Under the pieces are notes generated by a model. It did not search any database and was not told the DNA's origin. It saw only the letters and a list, made by a program, of their open reading frames with translations. A DNA stretch of 35,092 nucleotides from a virus (lineage: Duplodnaviria > Caudoviricetes): positions 1-35,092 of the IMG/VR virus record IMGVR_UViG_3300011338_000225, one strand, 5' to 3'. Positions 33,864 to 35,092 of this stretch are shown piece by piece. Within the stretch, counting starts at the first letter, position 1, and each line of letters opens with the position of its first letter. Position numbers and translations under genes: made by a program.

Positions 33864-35092
33864 TTATCGGCGATCTTCTACTCGGCTGCCCCCGAGTAAC
33901 CCAAGTGGTGTTCCGTATCTGGTCATTGTAGGGATCGCCCTCTGGAGCGATTCTGACGCCGTGTTGGTAAGGTATCTTCGGGTCACTGGGTTAAAGTACA
34001 ATGCGTTCGCTGCCATTGGACCTCCTATTCCAAGAGCTAACCCACTAGCTGCTCCTTCTGGCCCACCTGTCCCATACCCTATACCAGCCCCTGTCATACC
34101 GCCGATCAAGCTACCAATGTATTGCCTTGGAGCCGTTCCGCTTTGCGGCTGTTGGCGCATGAACTGGTTAGCTGCCTGCGATAGCTCTGTCAGATTAGGT
34201 GTGGCACCGTATGGCGCATTGATAATGGCGCTCTGCAATCTCTGAGGTGATATGTCCCCACCGGCTGCGCCTTCAGCCGTCGTCTTCATGGCTTCCTTGA
34301 TGCGCAGATAGTTCTTGTATTCGCCTCTCGCTTGTCGCAATTGGGCCGCTGCATCTGGGGCTAACGACCTCTCGACCGCATTATCCAACGCCTCGTTCAA
34401 CTGAGAGATCGCGTTTGAGAGTTGCGGGTCGCTAGTTTCACCGGCCAACCGCATCAGTTTCTCGCGTGTCTTTGCAGCGGTATCGCCAGACATCTCATCG
34501 CCGATCTTCAACAATGCTTGCGATTGCTTCTTGAATGTCGGAGATACATTCGTCGGGAGATTTTGGCCGTAATCATCAATTACAGTTTTGATGTCCTGCT
34601 TAAACTGCGGCCCAAGATCAATCCGTTTGCCAGATAGGATTGTGTCAAACTGTCGGCCTGCCGCTCGCCCTATATCGCGCACTGTTTCTGGTGCTGCCAA
34701 AGATGCAGCCCCACCGGCTTCGCCAAGGACCATTCGGTTAAACTGTTCCTGTTGGGATGCTCTAGGCGATAAACTACCACCGGGGAAACTTTCGAGTTGG
34801 CTTTCGAGGTACTTCAAAAATGTACTATCGCTTTTCTGAGCTGGCGTTAACGTCATACCAGCCGCCTCCAAGCGAGACGCTAATTCCTGCTCGTATGGGT
34901 TCAACTTACTCGTAATTGGTGACACAGCTTTCGATATGGCTGAACCGATCAATGGGATGCCACCACCAATACCGGCACCTATTGCTGTCCCAGTTCCAAC
35001 ATCCTGATCGCGGCCCGTTGCTTCTGCTGCGCCAAGTAATCCACCTTCTACCGCCCCTAGCCCGACATTCTTCGCTACACCCGCTAATGTCG
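33864..35092 (-). CDS. 3' part of ejection/injection protein spanning the circular junction
   Basis: Open to window end; in frame with 755-1; LTPAQ, SGTAPR and Gly-rich hydrophobic C-terminus. Confidence 0.75.
   Translation of the reverse strand, partial: TLAGVAKNVGLGAVEGGLLGAAEATGRDQDVGTGTAIGAGIGGGIPLIGSAISKAVSPITSKLNPYEQELASRLEAAGMTLTPAQKSDSTFLKYLESQLESFPGGSLSPRASQQEQFNRMVLGEAGGAASLAAPETVRDIGRAAGRQFDTILSGKRIDLGPQFKQDIKTVIDDYGQNLPTNVSPTFKKQSQALLKIGDEMSGDTAAKTREKLMRLAGETSDPQLSNAISQLNEALDNAVERSLAPDAAAQLRQARGEYKNYLRIKEAMKTTAEGAAGGDISPQRLQSAIINAPYGATPNLTELSQAANQFMRQQPQSGTAPRQYIGSLIGGMTGAGIGYGTGGPEGAASGLALGIGGPMAANALYFNPVTRRYLTNTASESLQRAIPTMTRYGTPLGLLGGSRVEDRR
34858..35092. repeat. Terminal direct repeat, right copy
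   Basis: 232/235 identical to 1-235. Confidence 0.97.

Overview
The window is an apparently complete tailed dsDNA phage genome. Bases 1-235 repeat 34858-35092 with 3 mismatches, giving a 34,857-bp circle. Every credible gene is on the minus strand. The virion module is podovirus-like (P22/SU10 style): terminase, portal, scaffold, DUF5309-type major capsid, adaptor, fibres, nozzle and ejection proteins, with a GH108 endolysin and a holin. The early/replication module has a primase-helicase with a downstream iteron origin, RuvC-like and RecE-like nucleases, and HTH and DnaA-C proteins. An RcGTA-type spike base, a GTA-type holin and a stand-alone DnaA-C protein suggest an alphaproteobacterial host (inference). 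No DNA polymerase, integrase, tRNA or CRISPR array was recognised. The most unusual parts are: (1) a small serine recombinase cassette with its own promoter, flanking direct repeats and G-runs that, with an HNH gene, splits terS from terL; (2) a glycosyltransferase/methyltransferase/head-spike/HiPIP-like cluster between terL and portal; (3) an array of short paralogous genes joined by identical junction sequences; (4) a frameshifted Cro-like HTH/OB-fold gene at the head of the early operon; (5) a repeat-rich control region with two 45-bp repeats whose central 4 bp are inverted. All family calls come from motif recognition by eye; no database search was run.
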